Source of the DNA: Candidatus Eiseniibacteriota bacterium
GTDB lineage: Bacteria; Desulfobacterota; Binatia; UBA9968
NCBI GenBank assembly: GCA_035559295.1
Contig: DATMBL010000011.1
Span: 1 to 55,428, forward strand
DNA length: 55,428 nt
Direction of reading: 5' to 3'
Part shown: positions 1 through 8,882 of the stretch, in pieces
Position numbering within the stretch: the stretch's first letter is position 1
Layout: each line of letters begins with the position of its first letter
Notes under the pieces: generated by a model
Told to the model about the DNA's origin: nothing
Seen by the model: only the letters and a program-made list of their open reading frames with translations
Database searches by the model: none
Made by a program: the position numbers and the translations under genes

Positions 1-259
1 CTGGCTTTATCAAGAGCAGCGAGGCATGTCAGCCTTTGCGCTTAAATTTTGAATTCTTGGTCGGTGCTGCGAATTGGTTGTGAGCTATGAAACTCCAGAT
101 CTGCCAATCCCCGAGAAGAGTCGGGCTCCTGCGGGCTACTGATCAGCTCGTGAAGGAAGTAAGGGATGCGCCCGAAGCGTTTTCTCTAAACCGTCCTTAT
201 CGAGTTTCTTTCCATTGTACATCATGGTAGTGACGGCACCGGCACCTCGCGGGGTTGAA

Positions 260-1198
260 CTAACGTATGGTCCTACGTGAGATGCCTCCACGCATTATAT
301 CTATGTGGGCTTTTCTTTTAGCGACCGCCAGCACTCTCGCCTTGCTTACTTTACTAACGCGAATATCGCTGTACCCAACGTCCTCCATCATGTGACTTAA
401 CGTCACCGGCGAAGGGATGAACCAGTTCCACCCACTTCTGCTTAAATCCTGAGCGTTACCCTCGCAAAAAATTCGCGGGCCCTCATATCTCAAAATCGGC
501 TGCGTGGAATCAATCGCCGCCGTTTCGAGGAGCAGGGTCCCACCGTCCTTCAGACAGTTGAACGTCGTCCTGAGAGCGATGAGAGGATCGGTGACATGAT
601 ACAGAACGCCCGCGAATAACACGTAATCGAAAACGTCATCAAAATCACGTCTTTCTATGCAATCAAAAAGTGAAAGATTCAGCACTTCCAAGTTCTGGAT
701 ATTGAAAGCGTGTTTTAGGTATTTAAGAGCGTCAATGTACTTCTTTACCTCATCGATTGCCACGACATTGGCGCCCATAGCGCAGAGTAACAGGCTGGCA
801 CCGCCGGTCCAGCAGCCGATATCGAGAATCCGGAGACCAGTCAGACAGCTAGGAAGCGCCCGGAATTCACTAATGAATGCATCCAATATGTTGATATGAC
901 GCTCGCCCATGCGACCCTTCACGAAGAATTCTCCAAAATCATGGTCGTGGCCCCAATGGAACTTGACCGATAGATCGCGTTGCCTTTCGGGGCTTTTGAA
1001 GCCCTCCACCTCCCAATTGACCGTTCCGAGAAGGCGCTCAATCGACTGGCGAAACTCGCGGGGCGATTCATTGACGAGGTCTTTAGTTTGGTACCGAGAC
1101 ATCAGATGCTTTAGAAGCTGAACCGTTTGAGGCTTGCTCACTTGACGAATGTCGGGGTGATAATAGCGACCGAGTTTGCGGATGAGTGGTTTAAACAT
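260..1198 (-). CDS. Class I SAM-dependent methyltransferase (CmoB/DUF1698-like)
   Basis: 312-aa ORF. SAM motif I 'ILDIGCWTGGASL' is followed by acidic 'VVAIDE'. 'HWGHDHDFGE' and C-terminal 'WFIPSPVTL' resemble the CmoB/DUF1698 family. It is the last gene of the co-directional glycan operon. Confidence 0.75.
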   Translation of the reverse strand: MFKPLIRKLGRYYHPDIRQVSKPQTVQLLKHLMSRYQTKDLVNESPREFRQSIERLLGTVNWEVEGFKSPERQRDLSVKFHWGHDHDFGEFFVKGRMGERHINILDAFISEFRALPSCLTGLRILDIGCWTGGASLLLCAMGANVVAIDEVKKYIDALKYLKHAFNIQNLEVLNLSLFDCIERRDFDDVFDYVLFAGVLYHVTDPLIALRTTFNCLKDGGTLLLETAAIDSTQPILRYEGPRIFCEGNAQDLSRSGWNWFIPSPVTLSHMMEDVGYSDIRVSKVSKARVLAVAKRKAHIDIMRGGISRRTIR

Positions 1199-1304
1199 GT
1201 CTAACGCGTCTGGCCCAATTCAACTTTTTAGCATCCGGCAACTGCTACGTCGCGGGGAATCAGTAATGTGGATTATAGTTGCGTGTAATCGAGCTGAGTG
1301 CCAT

Positions 1305-2027
1305 CTAAGGTTCACTGTACCCAAATGTCTCCAGCTCGAACTTGTAGATACGTTTCACAATCGCGATGGTGGCGGCGTCATAGTAATCACGGAGGGGAAT
1401 TTCAGTTCTCCGAATCCCTGTCTTGAGCCGAGGAATCTTGCGAGGTTCGAAGGGAATATCTAGCTCGCTGCATACGTGCTTAACGCCGGCGGCTAAGTCC
1501 TCAAATCTGATGAAATAGTCAACGCATATCTGCCCGTCAATTGTGTATTTATTTCGGTCAATAATGGAGCCTCCGGCTCGAATCCAACTTCTAAATCGTT
1601 CCACAGGATCCGTACCGGTGATGCAGGCGATAGGGTCTGGGTTTTTGTACAATCGCTTGAGTTGATCTTTCCACGTGAGTGTCTTGGTCTGCGAATTTCG
1701 TTGCCTATCTTCTAAAAAATAGAAGGCCGAGACAAGCTTATCGAAAGGATTGCGTATAACGCAAAATTTAAAGTACGATCGCCAAACTTGATCGCCGACG
1801 GCCTGCCGAATCTCACGGGCTGGCATGTGGTTGCGCCATTTGTGTCCCGCTACGTTCGACCCTCGATAACCCACCACACCCTCGGGACCCACGTATTCGT
1901 CCCGAGCGTGCTGCAACTGTTGATAGCCTTCAGGCAAGCAGAAACGCTCAAAGTACACTTCAACCGATGTGCCCGCAGTTTTAACAGTTTTCGTATAAAT
2001 GAAGTGCTTTCTGTGGCTGATGAGCAT
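1305..2027 (-). CDS. Sulfotransferase family protein (Sulfotransfer_2-like)
   Basis: 240-aa ORF. 'FIYTKTVKTAGTSVE' resembles the PAPS 5'-phosphosulfate-binding loop. 'FCVIRNPFDKLVSAFY' resembles the 3'-phosphate-binding RNP..S motif. Confidence 0.7.
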   Translation of the reverse strand: MLISHRKHFIYTKTVKTAGTSVEVYFERFCLPEGYQQLQHARDEYVGPEGVVGYRGSNVAGHKWRNHMPAREIRQAVGDQVWRSYFKFCVIRNPFDKLVSAFYFLEDRQRNSQTKTLTWKDQLKRLYKNPDPIACITGTDPVERFRSWIRAGGSIIDRNKYTIDGQICVDYFIRFEDLAAGVKHVCSELDIPFEPRKIPRLKTGIRRTEIPLRDYYDAATIAIVKRIYKFELETFGYSEP

Positions 2028-2030
2028 GCT

Positions 2031-3068
2031 CTACATATTGCCCGTCCGATCCCGGTGAATGGCGTCTTCCCGGGGGGCAGCTCTGGATTCCGCTTTGGCT
2101 CGGATATGGAGCAATTTTTCGAGGGAAGTTGTGAACCTCAGGCGGATCGAGTTCGGACGGTGGCTGATGAGTAGTGATTGTAATTCGTCGTAGCTGTAGC
2201 CCATTTGACTGACGGTATCCTCGCCGAGAAAGTGTAAGTAATCGTTGGCGACACGCCATGTTTGAGCATCCTTTAAGACCTCAAGCCATCGATCGCCTTT
2301 ATCAGGAGCAGGCGCAGAATGTTGGTATACCTCACCCTGATCTCCCAGTGACCATTGCGGAAGACGGGCTTCTCCGTACTCAACCATCTTCGGGTTGAAT
2401 TGAATGCCGATCCATTGGCAAATTCGTTTAACCTCCCATTCAGGATTAGACAACAGCTTCTCGTAGGAGACTCGCAGACCCTGTGTCGCCAAAAAGGTGG
2501 TGGCGCGGACCAGCAGAAAGGGCGCCTTGATTAGATCCAAGCGGTATTGTTTTAGCCGGCTCCACCTTCCAGTTACCCATGTATTAACGATTGAGCAGAG
2601 CACCGCGAGTGGATTACGCATTAGAATGATATAGTGGGCGGCAGGAAAAGTGCGATGGAGTGCGGGTACGACTAAATAGTAGCGGGGCGTTTTATCCAAA
2701 AAGTAACGCTTGGCTGTATTAGCGAGGACTTTGTGGTACAGGAGACCGTAAGTATGACGTACGGCATAGAGATATTCTTCCTCTCCACAATTCAGGTTCG
2801 CGATAAATTCCCGCGTTGCTTTGCGGGCCAGTGCCGGAGTGGGATCATAGTCTGCGCGATATTCCTCAGCTTCAACGAGCGGATACAAAGGGTGCAACAT
2901 TAACCAAGGCTCTGACAGTGTGTGTATCTCTGGGTGGGTGGCCAAAATTCGTTGAAGCATGGTTGAACCAGCCCGTGGCTGTGAGATTAGAAAAATTAGA
3001 TTCTCACCGGATGAGGAGTGATCAGATGCAAGGTTGCTCAATCCGGGAAAGGAGTCGTTGATGCTCAT
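2031..3068 (-). CDS. Sulfotransferase family protein (Sulfotransfer_1/3-like)
   Basis: 345-aa ORF. 'FLISQPRAGSTMLQRIL' is the PAPS loop and 'YIILMRNPLAVLCS' the 3'-PB motif. Its start overlaps the stop of the upstream gene by 4 nt. Confidence 0.75.
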   Translation of the reverse strand: MSINDSFPGLSNLASDHSSSGENLIFLISQPRAGSTMLQRILATHPEIHTLSEPWLMLHPLYPLVEAEEYRADYDPTPALARKATREFIANLNCGEEEYLYAVRHTYGLLYHKVLANTAKRYFLDKTPRYYLVVPALHRTFPAAHYIILMRNPLAVLCSIVNTWVTGRWSRLKQYRLDLIKAPFLLVRATTFLATQGLRVSYEKLLSNPEWEVKRICQWIGIQFNPKMVEYGEARLPQWSLGDQGEVYQHSAPAPDKGDRWLEVLKDAQTWRVANDYLHFLGEDTVSQMGYSYDELQSLLISHRPNSIRLRFTTSLEKLLHIRAKAESRAAPREDAIHRDRTGNM

Positions 3069-3886
3069 TCACTGAACCCGACATTGGATTGCGCTGGCTC
3101 TTGTTGAGTCCAATGTGCGATAAACATAGCCCTTTGTACAGCATCGTAAAAATGATTGAAGAACCGAGAGCCGTACATCGCTTCAAAATACCATTTCGGC
3201 GGTACGAACGTGTGCTTGAATTGCCGATACATTTCACTGTAATCCTTTTCGGCACTGCTGTTCGTATTGCTAAGAACAAAATGTGGAAGTTCCAAAAAAT
3301 TCCGAATCGCATTCTCTTTGACTTCGTCAGGCAATTCAGAGCGCATCAGCAGAAGTTTGATATTTTGGTGAGAGATCACCGCGCTGCCACTAGCAGGAAA
3401 TGCGTAGTCATAGACGTCAAGTCCCAGTTCAACGCGGAAACGATTATCAAACCATCGCAGCGCATCGTAGTGCTTGAACTGCCGAAGAAAGAACTGAATC
3501 AAATCGTTAACCGAGAAGGTGGAGTTCTGATACTTGATTCCGGTCTCGCACTCAAAATTCTGAAAGAAAGTGGAAACATTCCTAGCGATTGGCTCTCTGA
3601 CAGGACTGATAACGAAAATAGGCCGCCCCGGACGAATGGCCCGTTCATATATGATATGGGCAGTTTGGCTTTTTTTTGCGTCCCGAGTAATAAAATGTGT
3701 GTGCATTGTCAGGCCGGGCCAAATCGGCTTGAGTGAGCGGTATATTGAAGATGAACCGACTTTCCCCATCTGATAGATCAAAACTGGGGGCGCAACGTCC
3801 AGGCGGCGGCGAATTTTACCAGCGCGACGGCCGATCGCATGGCTGAAAGTGCTGAGTCTTTCTCGGATATTGTCAAGCACAGTCAC
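3065..3886 (-). CDS. Sulfotransferase-fold-like protein, paralog A (uncharacterised family)
   Basis: 273-aa ORF. It has the P-loop-like 'IYQMGKVGSSSIYRSL' and then 'ISPVREPIARNVSTFF'. It aligns by eye along its full length with the adjacent ORF 3873-4670. Confidence 0.5.
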   Translation of the reverse strand: MTVLDNIRERLSTFSHAIGRRAGKIRRRLDVAPPVLIYQMGKVGSSSIYRSLKPIWPGLTMHTHFITRDAKKSQTAHIIYERAIRPGRPIFVISPVREPIARNVSTFFQNFECETGIKYQNSTFSVNDLIQFFLRQFKHYDALRWFDNRFRVELGLDVYDYAFPASGSAVISHQNIKLLLMRSELPDEVKENAIRNFLELPHFVLSNTNSSAEKDYSEMYRQFKHTFVPPKWYFEAMYGSRFFNHFYDAVQRAMFIAHWTQQEPAQSNVGFSE

Positions 3887-4670
3887 GATTTTGGCTTCCT
3901 TGTGCTTTCATCTCCCGCCGCTGTGTCCATTCCATGATTAGGCGCTGTCTGTGGTTTTCACCGTAGAAGTGGTTGAAGAAGCGAGAGTCATACATCCTGC
4001 GGATATACCAATCGGGAGCTATAAACGCTTCTATGAACTTCCTGTAGGTGTCGGCGTAGTGCTTCTGTGCGCCAATGTTTCTGTTCGAAAGGCGGAAGTC
4101 CGAAAGGTTGAGAAACTCTCTGACTGCCCCCTCCTTGACAGAATCGGGCAATTCAGTGCGCATCAGCAATACGTGGGTATCGTTTTGATGGATTATCTGG
4201 ACGCCATCGAATGGAAAGTCGTAGTCGTACACATCAACCGCCAACACCGGCTTAAAGAATCGGTCGTAGTAGTTAGCGGGCCCATCGTGGTCAAACTTGG
4301 TCAAAAAAATGCGAATCAACTCCGCTGTCGAGAACGTCGCTTTTTTATAGGCCACTCCCGTGTGCCGCTCGAAGTTTTGAAAGAACATCGCTATGTTTCT
4401 GCCTATAGGCTCTCTGACCGGGCTTATAACGTAAAGCGGTGCGCCCCGCTGAATGACTCTTTCGTACAACAGCTGTACATCTTCCTTATTCCTCGCCAGA
4501 TCTCGTGTGACAGTGTGGCTGTGCACCGTCAGTCCAGGCCACATTTTTTTGAGTGAACCCTGAAGTGATGTCGAACCAACTTTGCCCATTTGAAAGATGA
4601 GAATCGGCGGGGCTGCTTTCAGGCGGCGCCGTATCTCAATGCCTTTTCGCAGATCTCGAAACAAACCCAT
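3873..4670 (-). CDS. Sulfotransferase-fold-like protein, paralog B (uncharacterised family)
   Basis: 265-aa ORF. 'IFQMGKVGSTSLQGSL', 'ISPVREPIGRNIAMFF' and the C-terminal 'SRFFNHFY' are shared with paralog A. It overlaps paralog A by 14 nt. Confidence 0.5.
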   Translation of the reverse strand: MGLFRDLRKGIEIRRRLKAAPPILIFQMGKVGSTSLQGSLKKMWPGLTVHSHTVTRDLARNKEDVQLLYERVIQRGAPLYVISPVREPIGRNIAMFFQNFERHTGVAYKKATFSTAELIRIFLTKFDHDGPANYYDRFFKPVLAVDVYDYDFPFDGVQIIHQNDTHVLLMRTELPDSVKEGAVREFLNLSDFRLSNRNIGAQKHYADTYRKFIEAFIAPDWYIRRMYDSRFFNHFYGENHRQRLIMEWTQRREMKAQGSQNRDCA

Positions 4671-4673
4671 AGT

Positions 4674-5561
4674 TTAAGTTTTCTTCAACGGGGACCCATT
4701 TTCGCCGGTGGTCTGAGACGTTCGCCACTCACGCCAGCGATGACGCAATGCTCGCCTGATGAACTTCCATTTCCTGCGGAAGTAGCGGCGGCTCAGATTA
4801 CGTTTTAGACCATCAGATGTTAAGAAGTGGGTGGCATCTTCGAGGGTAAAAAGGTGGTGCGACCCGCCCATCAACTCCCTGTTACGCTTCGCCTCTAGGC
4901 CTAGATAGACGCCATCTCGCCCCTCAGGATGATGCGCGTAATCGTGGTTTTGATGGATCGCCATCACCATTTGCGAGGCATCCACAATCATAGCGCCCGA
5001 TGACCGAGCCCTCCAAAGTAGCCAGTTGTCAAAGCCGGCGCGGCCGATGACAAAAGGAGGCAGATTTCCGAACAGTCCTTTGCGGAATACGAAATAGTCG
5101 ATGTAATAGGGCAGTCCACACTTGCCGCGCTGATTTACCACTGTCCGGAGTTGTTCTTGCCAATCGTCACGCTGGAAATCCAAAGGTGCATTAATTTCAA
5201 CGTTCCACCTTCGACCAACCATAAGGAAGGATTCGTTCAGGTTAGAAACCGCGTCTATAGCGCGGGCAAAATCCTGCATAAGGATAATATCAGCGTTCGC
5301 AAAACAAACGAGCGCATGGGTTGCGGTATTTTGTGCTTTACCGAACACGTCGTTCAGCAGAGGCGTTCCGAATTCATTGCACGATATTTCCGGGACATGT
5401 GATGCGCCGAACCGTTCGGCCATTACCGCTGTTCCTTCTTCGTCGCCAAAAAGAATAACCTCACAGCTAGGGACTAATCTCAACCAACTCTGCAGCGCGT
5501 TAATTTGGATCGTGCCGATGTGGCCGCGAAACGGTTTCGGTACAGAGAACAAAGTTACCAC
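4674..5561 (-). CDS. Hypothetical protein, possibly GT-A-like glycosyltransferase
   Basis: 295-aa ORF packed 3 nt from the next gene in the glycan operon. I recognised no canonical motif. The assignment rests only on context and an N-terminal beta-alpha-like start ('MVTLFSVPKPF...EVILFGDEEG', 'FANADIIL'). Confidence 0.3.
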   Translation of the reverse strand: MVTLFSVPKPFRGHIGTIQINALQSWLRLVPSCEVILFGDEEGTAVMAERFGASHVPEISCNEFGTPLLNDVFGKAQNTATHALVCFANADIILMQDFARAIDAVSNLNESFLMVGRRWNVEINAPLDFQRDDWQEQLRTVVNQRGKCGLPYYIDYFVFRKGLFGNLPPFVIGRAGFDNWLLWRARSSGAMIVDASQMVMAIHQNHDYAHHPEGRDGVYLGLEAKRNRELMGGSHHLFTLEDATHFLTSDGLKRNLSRRYFRRKWKFIRRALRHRWREWRTSQTTGENGSPLKKT

Positions 5562-5629
5562 GATAAAGTCAAGCTCGCGGAATCTCGGACGCTGTCCCGC
5601 CAGGGTGATCTCGAGTACTCAAGATTGAT

Positions 5630-6598
5630 TCAGTACGGAACAGGCTCTTGTCGGTGTGCCGTAGAAGCGTGCGTTTGCGTTCCCCGCCTGGCGGTCGCGA
5701 GTTTTTCTCTTAACATCGCCCTGTAATGATAATATCGTCCCTTAGCGCGATACTTTTTTCGCTCTTCGTTCCGGATGAAATGCCACAAGAAATCCACGAT
5801 GGAGTGCGCTAGATCGGCCAGGATGGTAAGCATCGACGGGTTCTTATAGATGAAACGACTCCGCCCTTGCTGTTCGTGGCGATACCGAAAATAGTCTTCG
5901 GTAAGCCGGCTCCAGTCTACTTCGTGATAGACTACTGCGCCGGGTGCGCAGCCTATTCGGGCACCCGATCGAAGGATTCTCTCGGCAAGTTCGGTGTCGT
6001 CGGAAGTTCCCGACTGACCAGGCCCAAGCCGAATATCGAATAGTCCGACCGCGTCGAATAGGTCCCTACGAACCGCCATGTTGGCACCGGTAAGGGTTTC
6101 TATCTCTTCAATCGAATCACGGAGTGGGAATAAACAGATGGTTCTGTAACGGTTGTAGAGCTGTTGGAGTCGGACATCGTGTTCGGATCCGGGCGGTAAA
6201 AGAATGGTCCCCTGCATCGCCGCGAACTGAGAGTTCTGAAAGAAATCCGCAACCGCCAGCAACCAGCCCCGCTCAACTGCCACATCGTCATCAAGGAACG
6301 CAGTAATGTTTCCGGCGGCGACGCCGATCGCGGTGTTTATAGCAAGACTCTTTCCCGGGGTTTTAATGCGGATCAGCCGAAACCGACTCGGCTCTCGCCT
6401 GATAAACGGCAACACCACTTCATCGACACCGCGAGCCCCAGCTTCGTCGGCAGAGTTGTTTGCGATGAGTATTTCGTGAGCTATGGTATCGCGGGCATCC
6501 AGCCGGCAAAGACTCTCTAGGAGCTGAGCAAGGCTGCTCCTGCCTCGTGTCGCGATAACGATACTGATGAAAATCTCGCCGTTTCTTCTAACGTTCAC
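5630..6598 (-). CDS. Glycosyltransferase family 2
   Basis: 322-aa ORF with a GTG start. 'ISIVIATRGR' and 'FLDDDV' (DxD) are typical GT2 signatures. Confidence 0.8.
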   Translation of the reverse strand: MNVRRNGEIFISIVIATRGRSSLAQLLESLCRLDARDTIAHEILIANNSADEAGARGVDEVVLPFIRREPSRFRLIRIKTPGKSLAINTAIGVAAGNITAFLDDDVAVERGWLLAVADFFQNSQFAAMQGTILLPPGSEHDVRLQQLYNRYRTICLFPLRDSIEEIETLTGANMAVRRDLFDAVGLFDIRLGPGQSGTSDDTELAERILRSGARIGCAPGAVVYHEVDWSRLTEDYFRYRHEQQGRSRFIYKNPSMLTILADLAHSIVDFLWHFIRNEERKKYRAKGRYYHYRAMLREKLATARRGTQTHASTAHRQEPVPY

Positions 6599-6748
6599 GG
6601 TGCGGAAATCCGCAACTAGCTGGTAGAACTAAAAAAGTTACCAACTATAACTGCCATAAGCTCCCAGTGTCAAGCTCAAATTGTTCAAGCCGCGGGCGAG
6701 TTCTGGAGTTACGGCGAGTGAACAGAAATAGTCCGGAGGCTTCACAGA

Positions 6749-7750
6749 CTAGCGATCCTCGAGCCAGCGTTGTTTAACGGCGTGCAGGTCACGGCGGTTA
6801 GGGCGGAATAAAACCAGCCAGCTCCAAAAACCTCGCCAACTTTGGGGCCGGTATCTGCAGGCCTGCCTGAAGTAATCGGCCGCAGCACCGAGATCACCCG
6901 CTAACAAGCGTTCCCTAGTGAGCCGAGCGTAGTATTTTGCGAATTGGCGCTGAAGCAACTGCTTCTTCTCCTGATCGTCGCTCCATAAGTCGGTTAGGCT
7001 TTGAAGCAACTTAAACCAGTTTTGATGGCGCACCGACTTGTCTCGAGGCGGCGGATGGGCGCGATATTTCACGAGCGCTTGCGGAATGAACCGCATTTCC
7101 GACAAGCGAATGAGCCGCGCGAAAAACTCGAAATCCTCATGGTAATTACTCTGGAACGCAGGGTTGAAACCCCCGGCGCGCAAAAGCAGGTCTCGGCGCG
7201 CTAGAACGGTTGAAGGATAGGGAAAGGGCTGACCATTAAATACAATCGACACAAACGTGGGCCGACGCGTACGGGCTGACAGAGGGAAGGGACGCCATGT
7301 CGGTTTGCGTTGTCCTGCTGTCAAAAAACTCCGCTGCTGGATTTCACTGTGGCCATCAATGACGTCGATATCGGAGTAGACGAAGAAAGTTTCGGGATGA
7401 AGTTTTATATACTCAATCTGGGTGGATAGCTTGTTGGGGTACCAGGCGTCGTCGGCATCCAAAAGGGCTACCCAATCTCCCTTTGCCAAAGAAAGCCCGA
7501 GGTTGCGTGCAGCGGCCGCACCCTTATTCGGCTGCCGGTAACAGGTAATAGGACCTGTAAAACTGTTGACGATGTCGCTCGTACCGTCCGTCGAGCCGTC
7601 ATCGACGACAACAATCTCGAAATCGCGGAATGATTGCTCAAGAACACTCTGCAGCGCTTCGCCGATGAAACGCTCACAGTTATACGCGGGAATGATTACG
7701 CTGACCGCAGGCATTCGATCTGATTGTCTCGCGGACACTGTATTTATCAC
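6749..7750 (-). CDS. Glycosyltransferase family 2
   Basis: 333-aa ORF. 'VSVIIPAYNCERFIGEALQSVLEQSFRDFEIVVVDDGSTDGT' and 'LDADD' are GT2 signatures. The true start may be the ATG at 7714. Confidence 0.85.
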   Translation of the reverse strand: MINTVSARQSDRMPAVSVIIPAYNCERFIGEALQSVLEQSFRDFEIVVVDDGSTDGTSDIVNSFTGPITCYRQPNKGAAAARNLGLSLAKGDWVALLDADDAWYPNKLSTQIEYIKLHPETFFVYSDIDVIDGHSEIQQRSFLTAGQRKPTWRPFPLSARTRRPTFVSIVFNGQPFPYPSTVLARRDLLLRAGGFNPAFQSNYHEDFEFFARLIRLSEMRFIPQALVKYRAHPPPRDKSVRHQNWFKLLQSLTDLWSDDQEKKQLLQRQFAKYYARLTRERLLAGDLGAAADYFRQACRYRPQSWRGFWSWLVLFRPNRRDLHAVKQRWLEDR

Positions 7751-7919
7751 GGATCGATCACACCAGAGAAGTGCAGTTTAGTTGATCGATCGAGTTCGCC
7801 GCGTCTATCAGGGCCCGAAGATCGCGCGGCAGCGCCGGCATAGTCGCGGCTTCTAAGGGCACGCAAGACTAAGGACCTATTTTCAGGAGTAGAGGTGAAA
7901 GGTCAAGAGGTCGCCGTAC

Positions 7920-7960
7920 AAAAACCCCCGCTTCCGGAGCGAGGGCCGGGCGTTCGGGGG
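7920..7960 (-). terminator. Intrinsic terminator downstream of pal
   Basis: The minus strand reads CCCCCG-aacgCCCGGccctcgctCCGGaag-CGGGGG followed by TTTTT. It lies about 22 nt after the pal stop codon. Confidence 0.55.
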
Positions 7961-7982
7961 TCGTAAAATGGACGATTCGGTC

Positions 7983-8561
7983 TTAAGCCGCGGGGCCGCC
8001 GGCCGTGATGACGAACCGGGCGCGGCGGTTCTTCTCCCAGCACGCTTCGGTCCGTTCTCGGCAGAGCGGAATCTCCTCGCCGTAGCTGATGTCTGACAGC
8101 CGCTCGACGGCGATGCCCAAGGTCGCCAGATAATCCTTCACGTTTTTCGCCCGCCGCGCTCCGAGGGCGAGGTTGTACTCTACCGTGCCCCGCTCGTCGC
8201 AGTGTCCCTCGATCTGCACGCGCACGGACGGGTTGGCCTTGAGCCATTCGGCATTGTTTTTCAGGATCCCGCGCGCCTGCTCGGTGAGTTCATGGCTGTC
8301 GAAATCGAAGTTGACGTCTTTCAACGGGCTGGAATCGGGAGTAGCCGTGCTTTGTCCCATCTGGAGAGAATCGAGGCTCGACGTCGAAACCTGGGTGGCC
8401 GCGTCGCGCTGCGCCCCGGCCGCCGAACCCTTGGCGATGCCTCGCGAGGCATCGGGATTCTCCACCGTCCATCTCGGAGCTTGGTTTTGAACGTGTTGCG
8501 TCTCGGCCGTGCACCCGATCAGAGCCATCGGTATTAGTAGAAGCCAACTGAGGCGAAGCAT
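7983..8561 (-). CDS. pal: Peptidoglycan-associated lipoprotein Pal (OmpA-family C-terminal domain)
   Basis: 192-aa ORF. It has a lipobox 'ALIGC' and the OmpA_C motif 'VRVQIEGHCDERGTVEYNLALGARRAKNVKDYL'. An SD GAGGAGG sits 7 nt upstream of the ATG. Confidence 0.9.
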   Translation of the reverse strand: MLRLSWLLLIPMALIGCTAETQHVQNQAPRWTVENPDASRGIAKGSAAGAQRDAATQVSTSSLDSLQMGQSTATPDSSPLKDVNFDFDSHELTEQARGILKNNAEWLKANPSVRVQIEGHCDERGTVEYNLALGARRAKNVKDYLATLGIAVERLSDISYGEEIPLCRERTEACWEKNRRARFVITAGGPAA

Positions 8562-8608
8562 GCGGCGTCCTCCTCATGTCCAACAGATGGGTTTTTTGAT
8601 TGGGAAAA

Positions 8609-8637
8609 ATTTTGCGCGATCGCGTGCCGGGTGTCAA
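8609..8637 (-). promoter_or_regulatory. Candidate sigma-70 promoter of pal
   Basis: The minus strand reads TTGACA - 17 nt - CAAAAT, about 50 nt upstream of the pal start. This is a pattern match only. Confidence 0.3.
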
Positions 8638-8770
8638 TTAAAATTCCGCGCGCGTCGGAGGGAACTCTAGGCCAATTAGAATACTTTAGGGAGTATCAAA
8701 GAGGTGTGGAACCATTGCAGCCACTCGTATCGCATAAACAACCCACCTACAGGTTGCTCATGACTCAATC

Positions 8771-8852
8771 CCTCTAAGTCTCCCCTTGCAAAAGGGAGAC
8801 TGTTAATCTCTTCATTTCGCCTTGGTGGCTTTCGTGTCCTCGGTGGTGAAAT
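8771..8852. repeat. Intergenic repeat element, copy 1 (hairpin AGTCTCCC-n9-GGGAGACT plus 'ttcgtgtcctcggtggtga' tail)
   Basis: It shares 'cctctaa.tctcc..tt..aaaagggagact.tta' and '...ttcgtg..ct...gtcctc.gtggtga' with 10665-10748 in the same orientation. Confidence 0.5.
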
Positions 8853-8882
8853 CTCCCTCGGCTTATGTCGTTTCTGCGAATG

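Noticed and set aside
1-259. A possible gene fragment at the left edge of the window.
   Set aside because: All six frames contain stops within about 35 codons. A plus-strand frame ending at 83 is too short to evaluate, so I left it unannotated.
260-7750. The glycan island as a bounded mobile element or genomic island with integration machinery.
   Set aside because: No integrase, transposase, tRNA or obvious flanking direct repeats are visible in the window. Only the compositional difference supports foreign origin, so it is not called a mobile element.
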